Below, one piece after another: positions 41,601 to 55,635 of a stretch of DNA of 64,000 nucleotides; position 1 is the stretch's first letter, and every line of letters begins with the position of its first letter. The notes under the pieces were generated by a model, which saw only the letters and a program-made list of their open reading frames with translations, ran no database searches and was not told the DNA's origin. Made by a program: the position numbers and the translations under genes. The DNA is taken from contig JYFJ02000539.1 of assembly GCA_000934665.2 (NCBI GenBank), forward strand, positions 1-64,000. The letters are read 5' to 3'. The stretch comes from Catajapyx aquilonaris (Eukaryota).

Positions 41601-42821
41601 AAGCGGTAGGAGTTGGAGGGGGTATAGTGGGGGGGGCAAAACGTCAAGAACTTTGCGTGATCCCGAATGATCACTGCATAAATCTGATGGCCAGGATTTA
41701 ACTCTGACCCCCGGTTGCAAAAGGCACATACACACACACGTACTGCACATGCATATGAAAAAAGGAGGAGGAGCCATAAAGCTCCCTAGGCCGCGCTAGC
41801 AGCCATGAATTTCAATTCATTAGCACGGACTCGCAACCAATCCCATTCGCTGTTGATGCCCGCTCAGATTACATGCAACAACGGCCTTCCACCGGTGCTG
41901 ACCCCACCTTCGCAAACATATGCTCCCCATCAGCCAGTTTGCAAGATTATACCCGCCTTTTGTTCGCACTCGGGTGATACAATTTTGTCCCATAGAATGC
42001 AAATGCTTACAATATATTATGCACCCGTAATATAAAATTATGCATCTAACTGTAAGTAATTTTATTCACACTGCACCAGCTTTACATATGTTGAAGTATT
42101 ATGTGGCAATGAAAAATCATACATTGCAGCATACATAAGCAGCAAAAATGATTTAAATGGTGCATAATTTTACATTATGGGTGCATCATTTTAGGGATTT
42201 GTATATATTTTCGCGCACTTTGAACAGTTCATCTCGGTGCTAGAGGGATATCCCGGAAGGGGGTTGGGGGGACCTGATATACTGCGTGTCAAGCAAGGAT
42301 TTATCGGTCCGTCCGGACACGTCAAAGGAATGGAATGACAAGCAGGAATGAATGAGTCGGCCTTGATACATGGCAAGGAGATGGGTAGTCTCCGAGACTT
42401 GTGGTTTGGAAAATTGCGTGTGTCTCAGCTGCAGTGGGACATGTTCGGATCGGGTTTCCATTAATATGCCGTACAAGTGTTCCCTTATGACGCGACGGTG
42501 GCGGTGAGCATGCGAATTTTCATATGGCAAATGGCCGAGTCCTATCCCATTACGAACTCAAATGCATGTGTATATATCGTGATCTCCCCATTCAAAGGCG
42601 GCCGATTTCGTGACGTACATGACGTGCCTTCAACTGACAACCTCTACTTCAACCTGTGCGGTTTTATTTCCTGCAATACCCCCCTTGCTCCCCCGCCATA
42701 CAAATGTCATTTTGTAAAACTTTTTATGCAAAAAAAGGGGTGCTTGAAATGTTTATTTGGCAATGAAGTTATGGCTCGTCACGTCATACAAATTCGTATC
42801 GTGACTCAAATCATACACTTT

Positions 42822-42855
42822 GCTTAACTATTATCCCTCTTCTTTTCAGGTAAGT
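42822..42855 (+). other. Recursive splice site (ratchet point): juxtaposed 3' and 5' splice sites
   Basis: GCTTAAC (branch-point-like)-TATTA-TCCCTCTTCTTTTC (14 consecutive pyrimidines)-AG|GTAAGT. AG is at 42848-42849 and GT at 42850-42851. There is no other AG between 42769 and 42847. It lies on the same strand as exon 1. Confidence 0.8.
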
Positions 42856-42917
42856 CAACCAGACAACGTTGACAGATACGCATTTACCTGGCAGAAAAAA
42901 CACACTGATTTTGGCTC
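42850..42917 (+). other. Cryptic 68-nt RS-exon downstream of the ratchet point (poison exon if included)
   Basis: A second donor, CTC|GTAAGT, starts at 42918. Spliced to exon 1 the exon reads G/GT AAG TCA ACC AGA CAA CGT TGA, with the stop at 42870-42872. Confidence 0.62.
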
Positions 42918-45900
42918 GTAAGTACAACATGCGGCAGTTTGTTAAATCGGGAACATGAATGATATAAATCATTGTTATGTAATTGTATATTCGAACACGA
43001 TAAGCCTGAACTGCATGTTACTGATTTGTTATTCACTTTCTGTGAGTTCAATTTGCAACATATGTCGATGGATAATGTTCAATTCATATTGTGACACATT
43101 TTGACATTACTTGTATGGACACTCACATGCTCTTTAATCAGCTGGTTTTTGGGACTGTTGTGAAATTTTAATTTGTAACACATAATAAATTTGTTTACCC
43201 GAAGTCCAATAAAATACCATAATACTTATACTGGACGCCATGTTGTATACACAATGGAATGTTACAACTAAGAGATATTTCTGGAATGACCTCGTTCGGA
43301 TAGCGGGAAAATCTGGGATTTTCCCTACAGCAGAGGACACCTTCTCAAAGAAAAATCTCGGTTGAGAAACCCTTCTCTGATAAGATGTGGCCACCACCAA
43401 TATTCTTCTCATGAGAACGGATGAAGAGGTCAGTCAGTGACTCGGAGCTAGAAATCGGTGCGTTATGTTGCAAACGGGGCCGGTCTGGTGACCTCGGATT
43501 AATCACACGCAAGCGCATATATTAGCCCAACGGGATAGAGAGCTTTGCAATTATACGTTGGCAAAACTTTGAGAATCTTCTCATTTACGTCGGAAGACAC
43601 TGAAGGGCTCTCGTCAGAAAACGCACAAATCCATTCCTGTCAGAAAAATGAGAGCTCAGGTTACGCCACCGGTTCTTTGCTGAACTCTATAATATTGAGT
43701 GGTTCTTGGCTCAATTTGATTGATGTTACTAGATGTCCAATTATGTGCATAATTCAATCAATTATGGGCAAGTAATGCTTCTACCGGCACAGCTTTTTCC
43801 TTGAACAAAAATTGGGCAGATCACATTTGGAGTTTAAATTGTCAATATTTGCTGTGTCGCTGCTTCAAAGTGTGCCAAAAATTTTCAGACATTGTTGCTG
43901 TTATTTTTGCCACATTTCACATCTAAAATTACCCGCTTACTTTGGCGCAGTCAGATAGTATTTTTATGCAGCCGGACATTCCTGCCAGCATTGCGATATT
44001 TAACCACAATATGCATATGAACTAGCTGCACATTCAGGTGACCAGAAGTCGATTAGTTTCCTGCCAAGTCGTACATGGCACCAACAGACATGCCTTTCGG
44101 AAATGTCAAGAAATTGGACTTATGCGCTTTCTAAGTCGAACCATTCTCGTTGCACATGCGTGATTGCCTCGGCTCCAAACGTGAAAGTGCCTTATCTCCA
44201 AGGCGAAGTCGACAAGATAATTCCGGAAAAATCGAATTTCATAACACCTCCAACATGTCAAGTCGGCCAAGACTTCACGCTGTTCCAGTCATTTTTGGTA
44301 AGGCGGAATGGACTGAAACACGGGGGCGTGCATCGTTTGCTGTCGGCCCGTGCACTTATCAAAGGGCTAACAGGGTGCAAATTAAATAGCGCTAATTATG
44401 TAAGCATCGTGTGCGATCGCTTCGTGGCCGGGAAAATTATTTTAAGATGATGGATCGCACATTGTTCTCGCTGACACATTAAAGCCATGTTCCTGAGTCC
44501 CCTGATAGATCTTGACAATTTAATTTTGGTCCGGTTTGGGAAGCGATGACTGCGCCGGCACGCGATGCATTCTTGTAATACTACATGTAACGTCGTCTGA
44601 TCTCCAGAAGAAAAAGAATTATCTGGCGAGGTCGAGAGATGTCTTGAAATTCGCCCCAGTTTGAATAGTTCTTCAATTGAAATCAAACATTTCTTCCAAT
44701 ACACGCAATCTATAACTTATTGAAGCAATTTTTCCGTCAATTTCAGTAAAATATTTAAGAAAGTCGACAAAAAATACTTGCAAAAATAATTCAGCGAGGC
44801 TTACATAACATGATGTCCTGTGCATTTACCATAAGCTGTAATGTTACTGATTTACCATTAAAAATATTCTGATACAAGTTCAGGTAACATGCGCTTGCTC
44901 CTTAAAATTAAGCCATCATTTTTATGACGCAAAATAAAGTCATATAACGTGTAGGAGCGGGGAAGGGTGTCTTAACGATCCAATTTCACGGAAAATGTAA
45001 TGATTGTGGGTGGAGACCACGTTTGGATCATTCACTCCGGCGGATATACAAGCGCTATGAAATGTCTCCACATGATGGATTTAGACCATGCAATCTGGTC
45101 ACGAACTCCAGAAAAATCTGTGTATATCAACTTATAACATCAGACAGCACACGGAAGCAGGGAAAAAAATATTATCGTTTTGTAACTACAAAACTCGGAC
45201 ACATTTGGCATCATAGCGAGTCATTCTGACAAACTTCACGTTACAGCAATTACTTGGAACAAAAAAAAAGAGTTGGAAATTGTAGCAAGGTAGATTTGCT
45301 CTCAACATGGGCGGGCACTAGAGTCTAAATAGCCTGTATTACTGCCTTTCCCACTCGGTAATACCGTTTTCTCTCTCTGAAAGTAAAAAAAAAAGGTCTA
45401 ACGTTCTTAGTGCCGGTATTAACGTTAGCTATTTTCCTTTGGCATCGTGAAACTATTACACACGGCGGGAAAAGGTTTATAATTTGAATTACTGCCAGAT
45501 CAAATATCCGGTGGGGAAGTCGGGCGCTTTAGCGACAAAAATCCGCACCCGATATTAGAATTTTCCAAATCGATCATCAAAACATGGCCCGACCATAGTC
45601 AAATGGCTATAATGGAAGCTGCTAGCGACAACTATGGATATTCTCTTGCATATATCCAGCCCTTTTTTTTCATCTTTGTCATACCAAATGGAGTGGCATT
45701 GCTGGACTATTATAAGAGCTATTTTTCACGCATTCACAAATCCAATTAGCTGCATTACACATTCCTGACTGTAGATGCCACCTCATGCCATCCTCAATTA
45801 AAACTGCATGAAACCTATATACAAAAATACCAGCGACAGAAGTAGCCGCCAGCAATTTTTTTTTGTATCCAACAAACAAATACTGCAGCATACAATATCA

Positions 45901-48900
45901 TCAACGGCTTTCCAAAAAAGAACTAGCTAGCTTTTTTTTCAGTCGGAACGATCTGTACCCTCCAAAAAACCTGTTTGCAGTTCCAGAAAATTGGACTCGT
46001 TCTGTTGAATAATGCGAACTCCCCAAGACTAGTCCCCTCGGCCTCAAAAGTCGGTTATTTGATGCTAAGGCTAGTTTCCTGCCGATGTAATTACACACCG
46101 CTCTATCTCGCCTGCACGTATCATTTTGTCACCCCCCCTCCTCATTTCCAAACATTTCATAGTGCATGTTGCAACGCAGCTATATGATTGATATGCCGAG
46201 AAGTTGAGCAGAACCGCCATCAGCGTTATTTTTCAACGCTCATTTCCCTTGCTTTATGGCGTGTATCTTATGCATGCACACTCTGGCACCCTATTCGTCA
46301 TCTAGACAAAAAATAGGTGGGTACACCTGGTTTGCGCGCCAAAATATTAGCTCTCTCATAAGGCGGCCATTATGCTAGATTTGATTTTGTCACCGGTCCA
46401 AAAAAATTGTGCTTTTTTTTGTAGAGGTTAGACGTCTCGACGCATGGTATGGATCTTGTCGTGAGAGATAAACGAGGCATTTCCTAGATCGTTTTTAGGG
46501 AATATGTATAGCCATTTTTGTCATGGGTTTTTTTTCCTGATGTGTGTGACAACTCGAGGATGATCCTGAGGTATGCATCTTAAAGACACGAGGCTTTTGT
46601 TTCTTCACCGCGACTGTGAAGGGAAAAAAATGAACAGGATTCCATTGATGAAGTGGTGCTGCTGGCTGAAAAATAGGCCTAAAATTGTGCACACTGAACT
46701 TGTCCACATAAATAATTTTAGTCGCAGGCGCGACACCAATTAATTTCAAAATAACACTAATTTGTAAAAGCGGTCTATAGGATTTGCACCTGCACTCAGA
46801 TTAATAGTTTTGGTGCTCAGTCGCTATTAGTAGATTTTGCTATACACTTGAAATAGTAACAAGCCCACCAAAAATGAGACATCAGCCAGCTGCGCCTATG
46901 CAATTTTTTCTGCCCTCACCAAATCCGCACACCTTCCCTCAATTAGTCCCCATTGTCGCCTACCCGAACAGTCATTTTTTGTGCATATTCCTACGCCCAA
47001 AGAAAAATCCGATTGTGTCCATCACTCTTCCCCACACACACATACACACACACAAAAAAAGGAATCCGGACAAGAATTCTCGAAGCAGCTGCAGAGTAAC
47101 CGCACCCCTGTTATGAATGTATGAGCGAGGCAAGTACCGCCTATTGAATGACAAGCCTGGCGTCATATACCCGACCATTATCCGGCCGGTTGTGGTCACG
47201 AATCCCCAACTTGGTGACCACACCCGTGCCATCCGTGTGGTACTGTATGCAGAGGATCGCATTATAAAAGTAGAAAACGGCAGAGATGCCCAACCGGGAT
47301 TCACTGAGCATCTCCACCACCTTTATGACCTATTCGTATATATCTGTCTCCCAAGACTATAATCCCCAAAGAGCTAACTGAGAGGTGGCGATGTGATTTA
47401 CGTGTCAACTTACCCCACCTGGGACGACTTATGCGTCACATAACTCCTGCCCGGTTATTAAGCAGACACATGTCCCCTAGGTTTGTGGGAAGAAAATGTA
47501 GTTCGATTTATCCACCGACGGTCAGGAAATGAGACATGACCTTGCTGGGGTTGACCCTGCTGGGGAGAGGCTGAGGAATGCTTCTAGGGGCCAATGCGGA
47601 CCGGATTATATTGTTAATGTCAAAGCTGGACAATAAGAGGTGAATCATTGCCGGTTGCGCACGAGGTTCAAGTGAGTTCTTCCCAAATTTTGTGACTGGT
47701 ACGGTACAAGTACAGGGTGAGAGGTTTACCTCACCAACCAGTTCTGCTGGAGTAAACAATATCCCAATCGTATAATCGGCCAACCCCATTTGCGGCCCGA
47801 CTTTATTTCCAACTCCATTCCATTAAATTATCTTATCTACTCAAATATGCACTTAAACCGCCTTTACTGCCGCCAAGAAGATGCTTTCTAACGGTCTGAA
47901 TCATTCCTCCCCAGTTTGTTGTCCTTCGAAATTAGAAGTACTGACTTTTGGGGCCTTTTGCTCAAAAGGATCGATCTTCTTGGGGTCCTGCACATCCCAA
48001 GCAGCCCTCGAGTCATCAGCGACATTCCCATATTTATAATTTACGTGGAGCAGATGAAGGGCGTCATTGTAGGAAACGTAGGGGAGGAAAGGATCCCTTC
48101 CAAGAACCTCTCCTGCCTTTAGCCAGCTTGTGGAAGGCAGGGGCCTACAGCTTATGCCGATATCCATTTCATCTTCCCTCCTAGCTGCTGAGGGCATGGG
48201 GAGAGAAGAGGATGGATGTGAAGGGTGCGGGGACCCCCTCGTCTTAGGGCTTGTAAAATGACAAGGGGCCAAGTTCTGTAATGACCTTCCAAACTTCCTC
48301 CGGATTTTCTAGTGGGGGCATGGCACGCCTGGAACTATTCACGTTTGTTTTTCCATACAACTTTTAGGGGGAGTTCCATCCGGATATTTTTTTCTCTCTC
48401 TTCTACATGTCTTTTTTGGACTACTGGGATTCATTAACCTGTTTGTCACTGCATTCCTGGAAGCACTGACCCTGAGTATTGATTTGGCTCGCCGTTTTTG
48501 TTCAGGACAAACCAAAGGATGGTATTGGACACACTTGGAGGGGGTTCCGGGCGGACCCTAGAAAAAGACCCCGGAGGGCCAAAAACCCTGACATGTCCGG
48601 GGTGATTTACAGCTGGCCTTTTCCTGGTTTTCGGGAAGAAGGAATGGGAGTGGACGGGGCGGGGCAGAGCACCCCCCTTCAAAAACGGACCCGGGGCTCA
48701 ATTGAGCATCTGTTGCGCCACGACGCCGGCCACCCGCCAACCTTCCCCCCCCCCCCCCCCCCCCCCCCCNCCCCCCCGCCCCCATCACTGCCCTCTTCCC
48801 ACCCTGACAAAGCCAGCACAAAAGCAGGGCTTGACCTCTAAAAATCGTCGACCCTGACCATGCAAAAGTTACAAAATTAAAGTACAGATGGCGTTGTTTC

Positions 48901-51900
48901 TCTTCTTTTCCAAGCTTGGAATTAGGGGTGCCAACCAATATTCAGAGGCTCCGGGTGTATAGCAGGAGGCGCAATAACAAAAGCTGAATTATGGCCAACA
49001 TTCTTCTGTCACGACGAGCCCAATATGAAGTCCATATAGCGGCAGAGGCCTGGGATCTATACTGCCCCATCCTTCACACTGTATATGCAAATCTCACGCG
49101 CTGGAGCGACTAGCCACCGCCATAAAATTCATCCCGCCTGGTTGAAGATGTAAATTCCTTTCCGAGGGACCCCAGCTCTGTATAGCCTAGTACTGGACAG
49201 TCCGTATATAAGCTGAAGCATAGGGTAAGCTCTCGCGGGTTCACAACTTTTATTGTGTCATAAAAGTTTACAACCCCAGGCCGGCCCTTTTCCAGCTCGG
49301 CGGCCACCGCTGGCGTTTTTGGCCATACCCAAGCCATACTCCCCATCCCTTTCTGCCCTATCTGTCCTGATGGGCCCAGAAAAGCAATGCGGCTTGACGG
49401 ATTTGTGTAAGCCAGTGCACCAACACATATATGCACCCCTCTAGAGTGTGGACCCCAAAAATGCGCTTCATTATGATCAGAACCCAACCCCTTTTTTTTT
49501 ACATACAAAAAAATATTTTCAAACAAAAAAAAAATGAGGGAGGCGCCTTGTTTGTAACGCAGATGACATTAAATTGCTGGCGTCTCCCAGCATTTAATTA
49601 TGAAGCTCAATGCAGAGTTGGCCCCAAGTTTTAGGAGGGATTCCCATAAAGTTGTTCGCGCTTCAGAAACGTATAATTACCTTCGCAATTGGGTTTTGTG
49701 GGGTTGGGTTCGAAGTATCGTAAAGCCTTCCCCCAAATTAATAATGCCCAAACGAATTTTATGAAGATAAACAAGAGGGCAAAATTAATCCCTATGTGTA
49801 TACATGACGTTTCTAGAACCGATACACCTTCGAGCGTGACCTGAGTTTTAATGATAGCGTGCCGAGGTCATCACCGTCACTCAGGGATGAATATTACTCC
49901 CAGGCCATGCTTACATAAATTTCTATTTTTAGTCTCCCTCCCTGAATTAATAGTAAAAGGAGCGTTAAAGATTGGTAAGGATCTGCTGGATGAAAGGAAG
50001 CGGTCAGCAAAGTGCACGCGAATTTGCGAAATGGATGGACCATTTTATGGGCGGCCGCAGTAAGTCAGTTATCGCCAAGTTTTATCAGCTCGGTGTGAAC
50101 CATCAGATGATAAAAATCATGCACGCCTTGAACCCCTCTTCGCATTTTTAAAAAAAGAAATCAATCTGGTCATAAATGCTCAAGGTTGCTCGCCTGCTAG
50201 CGAACATATGCAGCCATCATATAATATTAATCATCGATTCATATATAGCAGGCGAATCCACGCCCATTCCCATCTATGAATCATCTTCGCTCACGAAACT
50301 CGTTTGACCTTTGCCGTAATATTCCAGGGCGAAGCAGCACGGGGATTCAAACCACAACCGGATCGAAAGCATTTCTCCCCAAATGAAAACTAGTGCTGTC
50401 CCTCTATCTGAAAGAGCCGCCATAACTTGGGGAGAGGAGCGGATTTGGGCCATTTTTCCGATAACCCACAGGAAAAAAAAAAGAGGGAGAGGAAAGCAAT
50501 CCCACTGATTAAGCTATTATGAATTTATGAAATTATTGGGCGGCTTATAGACTTTTATGAGCAGATGATCTCTAACTTATCACCTCCACATTACTTTTCC
50601 CCCCCTCCTCTTCTTTTTCCTCCTGGTGGATGGAAGTAGGGGGGCTATTCAGAGCTAGTATATATAGGTTATAAGGGCTGAGATGGGAAACTTTTGTGCA
50701 GGCCCATTATTCCTGCTAAACCCTACGGGGGCAGTAAAGCAATTTGGCAAAAGTTCTTATGGGGAGAGTATGGTACCTCGTGTATTAGTGGAATAACCCT
50801 AAGTTAGCCAGAGAAACAAAGATCCTCGGGACAAAAAAAAAAAACATGTCGCAAGGGGTCATCCTTCTTCTTTTGAGATCTCAGAACGACCCCATTGCAA
50901 TGTCCCATCCGTCTAACTGTTCAACCCGCTTTTCAGGGAGAAATGTAATAAAAATGAAAGCCGCCACATTTTCGACACCCCCAAAAAGTCGCACGTGCTT
51001 TCTACGTTACAGGTGTAGGAATTCGGTTCCGCAAACAATGTGCGAGTTTTTCGGAGGGCAAGCTATTCTGTGCAGCCAACCAATGCATGGAGAATTTGGC
51101 TTCATTATTTCCGTGATGAATTTTCCTGCCCAGGCCTTTTCCCCTGCTATCGGTAGGGTATATTTATGGGTGCGGTGCGCACGAAATATGCTGGATTCGC
51201 CGTACACTGGTCACTTTGGGGGCGGACACTGGGGAGCTCTAAATGGCAAAATTGTGTTTCCTTTCAAAGGGACGAGGACAAGTTATGTCCCCAGCCTTGT
51301 TGTGAATATTTTGAAACTTTATGCCAAGAAAAGAGCTTGTCCGCAGGTGTCCCCCAACATTGTCGGAGTGTCGTGACCAAGAAGAGAGGGGGGGAAGGTC
51401 CCCGTCACTTGCCATTCCCCCGTCCGAATTCTTAATGGGACACCTTCCCTACCGCCATCACTTCTAGCCTTCGCTCTCCTTGAATCCTGTCCTAAGAAAG
51501 CCGCCGACGTACGGTGGGGAGAAGATCGCAATTTATTTATAATCTTTTTGCGGCCTGTTCTACGCTTTTGCCTCCAAAAGTCTAAATCATGCAATGCGAT
51601 CGCTGTCGTTCTTGAGGAGAACTACCTTTTCCCTCTAGATTGAATATTCAAGTTGGGTAAAGCCATGACATCAGTTCCTTCCAAGGGGATTCGCGCCATC
51701 TCCGGACGTGTCATGCTGGCCACACTAGGCCTATATCTGCCAAACAAGTTTGGTCCCGATGAGCAGCAGCAAGTTTGCTTCATAAATTACGTCCGTTTAA
51801 TGCACCCTTAAATTTGGAGCCAAGTATGCAAATCGTGACGTTTTTAAATCCCCAACTGGAACGATTTCACTTTGGAACATAAATCAAATGTAAAAGGGAG

Positions 51901-54900
51901 AGAGTGATGGTTCCCATCGCTGTTTGGTGCTGGAGTGGGTTCGTTTCATAACCAATCAGAAGTGCCACTTCAGGGGCCCCTTGGAGCAGAAAGGTATGCT
52001 CTCCAAGGGATTTGACAGTGAGGGGTGTTGATCCCCGTCCATTCCGATCAGAGGGTCTTCCTATATATCAGGGGGGAACAGATATCCATCGATTTATTAG
52101 AATCCAAGCTGCAACAGCATCCAACTCAAGTATGGGGGGGACTGCTCCCGGATTAGTCATCCGGACAGATTTTCCCTGCTTTCCTTGCTGGACTCGTCCC
52201 TCGGCACACCATCATTGTCTCCGAACCACATTCTGAAAATCACTATCCTCAACTTTTGAGCTGGCGGTCACGCGAGACTTCATGTGTGTTATTTGGGACG
52301 CGAGTAGGGGGGGCATCCAAAAAGCAAAAACTTGACTATGTGAGGAAAATAAAAATCCTTCCTTTTCGTGTCCAAGTCCCTAAGGAAATTCCTCCAGACT
52401 CTTGCAAACCATTTTTAAAGTTCATCTTCGTCATTATAAATTCTGAGGGAAAACCCTCGGATTGTCAATAACCACCATATAGATGTGTGTAATCATCTGC
52501 ATGTGCTGGCCACATTTCCATTCCAAACCCGTACGCGCAAGTGTAACGATTTTCAAATGCTAGTCGCAGTCACAGTTAGTGGGCGGTGATTGCGTGCTCG
52601 ATTTTTCTGTATAATTTTACTCTCTCGAAGAAGTCAAATTCCTAGAAATATTTCCATGATTACCCCTCGCGACCAGACCGTTTCATTATTTTCATAGCAG
52701 ACCCCTCCAGACTGTCCAATCATTTGGAGAAACAACGGTGAACGGTGACAAAATTATTTCCCCGAGGCGCAACCCTGCTTGGCTTAAGTCCCCGCAGTAA
52801 TGACCAGCCTTATATTTATATCTGCACTAGAGTCAGTTCCCAAGGGGACATTAAAGTCCTTAGGACAACAAATTGTCGTTCCCCTTTTAGAACTCAACTA
52901 GTGAAATTCATTCCGCTGCTATATTCTCACACCTCAGTCCCTGGCGCTCTCACCTGTGCTTGTATTTTGACTCATGAGGCGTAAAGGTATGTTTCTGTCT
53001 GAAAACCACACGTGATGGGAGGTCTTGCCATTGTCGTTTGAAAGATTGGAGTCATTAAATCTAGTCGTTGAGTTGAAATGTCCGTGTGGAGATATTTTTG
53101 GGACAATCGGCAAGCGCCAAAAACCGGATCCTACTTGCCAAGTCAATTTTCATATTGGGGCCGCACATCCCCAGCATGCAAAACCGAGCTAGCAGTTTTT
53201 TAATTTAAATAAACGCGTGTACCGCATAATAAGCCCGTTGGTACCGACCGGGAACGGTACAATTTGAAATAATCTGTCCAAAATGCATATTTAATCAAAT
53301 TAACATGCAAATGAATGTTGAACCCGCTCCGGGACCGCAATTGTAACCATCAGTCCCAAAATTATGGTTTGGCCATGGCCTATCAATCACCAACGTCATG
53401 TCGGCAGCAATATATTGCAACCGTACTGATTTATGAGGCTCATACATTGATCCAGATGATTGTAAATCACAGCCCATTATGCCGATGGGTGGCATATAGG
53501 TTATGGGTCGCATCCCCATCCCCCCCATAGGAGCCCATTTCCCTCTGGATATTCCAGTGGTGCCAGCAGCATACACACTGTATGTTATCCATATTACTGT
53601 CATCACCCCGGCGGGAGTTTCCAGCTGGGTGGTGCTGAGGGCCCTTCCTTTTGCTGCCGGGGCACGCCGGGGCTTGTTTGACAAATCGCCCGGGCCCCTT
53701 GCCTTTTCCTCCCGGGCAATTAATAGGATCCGACTCGAAAATGGATCCTTGGTGTGGACTGAGGCCCGCCAGCATCGGTGGGGGTGTGCTCGCTGAAAGA
53801 ATCTGCGGCACATGCACGCAAACCTAGAATATAACAATGTCCCAAAAGTCCCCGATATCTCTGCCAAGGAGCGTTAATGATCCTGATAATAGATTTACAT
53901 ACGCATCGGCATGTTTAGATTCCCAAAGTGAGAACTGGCAATGGACACCTGCTGCTTGAGCGGCTAATTCGGCCCAATGAAGCTGTCACTGTCACTCCTA
54001 TAAGTGGGCTCAGCACAGCCAAAATCCGCACTTCGCCCCCCCTCATTTGGTTTTTTTTTTCTCTTCAATATTGATCCTGCGTCTTTCCGGCCGACAAAAA
54101 GGTGGTATTGTCACACACTGAGCTAAGATGGACAGGGCCGGTACATGAATTAAATAATTCCTCTTCAAGTCGCCACACATCGCTCAACAATACATAATTA
54201 ATGGTGTTACGTCAATATTACGTTACCTGCCTGTTCATTTAAATATTTGAGGATGCCCATTTTGATCTTGGTGATTGACACGGTAGGGGCCAACAAAGGC
54301 CGATACACCGTCTGCCGAGTGCATTGTCCCTCTTTATGTAGCTGTCAGCTTCCGCAAGGAGCGGCGTAACTCAACTGGGGACGGGGCGGAGCTGAGGGCG
54401 GGCAGACGGCTGCCAGTGGCGGCCAATGGGGCCCGGCTGGCCCCCACAGCTTACATCTTCATAATCCATCGCGCCATGGAGGGGAAGGACCCAAAATATT
54501 GATATATCGGGAGGGGGTGTCATATACAAGTTGGGGATGCGTGCGCAGGCAACATGGCTTCTGAACTTTTCTTGGACGGTGTGTGTTTCTGGTTTGGGAG
54601 GTTTTTATATACGGAGAGGCCAGGGGTCAGTCTGGCACAGCACACGCCTGCCCGTCACTTGCACGCGTTGGGGGTACGCAAAACCAGTAGTCTCTTGAGG
54701 GTAATTAGCGCCGGGAACAAGCAGCGCTGAGGAACCTGTCCGAGTTGGCCACTAATTAAAACGGAACTCGGCCCTCTTGCCAGCAACTGGTATTTGCCAG
54801 GATCCTTCAGGTCTGAACTTTGCGTGGCTTTTTTTTCTCTTAGAAGCTTACAATTTGGGGGGTTAAGCTGTATTACACTGATGATGATGCGGTAATTTTG

Positions 54901-55635
54901 GAGTGACGCGTGCATGAACATGGCTACGTCAAGCAGCCCGGGAAATTATTTTGCAATGCGCATTATATTGTATTTAAATAACAATGCGAGCTAGTTTTAT
55001 TTTTATTGAATTTCTAGTGATCGTCCTTAGTACTAAACACGCGTAACTGATGCGTTATTCATGGGGGCATTGGATGCGATCCAGCTTCTGGTACATGCTA
55101 CAAGCTGATCTTGGTGATATCAGTGAGGTCAATTTATACGATTGAATCCAATTTCGGGGGCCCAACTTACACGTTTAGAATGACGTCGTCAGGTATACGT
55201 TCGACCAACTGAAATGTTCCAAAAAATCTTAATACCAAAGATATGCAGCGTCATTTTTCCTCCCACCCTGTGTGCTATGGTTGAAAGCTCAAGCTGAAAT
55301 GTCGGCAGAGGTGTCAATCGAGCCCTGAAAAGACCGGGACTTTAAAACCGACCTTATTGCTGATAAAGCGTGCATTTCCAATGTTCTGTTCCAGTTGTCT
55401 GCCTTTATGTGTAGAGTGCCTAACCTTGTTCCTGATGGGTGAGCATTTTCCGGTGAAAAAAAGAGAATCGGTTTTCCCTTTGATCGAGCGAGTAGATGTG
55501 TGAAGAATTGTTACTCGTGGATGAATAAGGAAAAGGGCCAGAAACTTCACAGAGAAATGCAATAGGTTTTGCTCCAGGCCTTTTATGTACAATTTTTTTT
55601 CTTCCGTCAAGCAATGAAACGACATTCGACTATAA

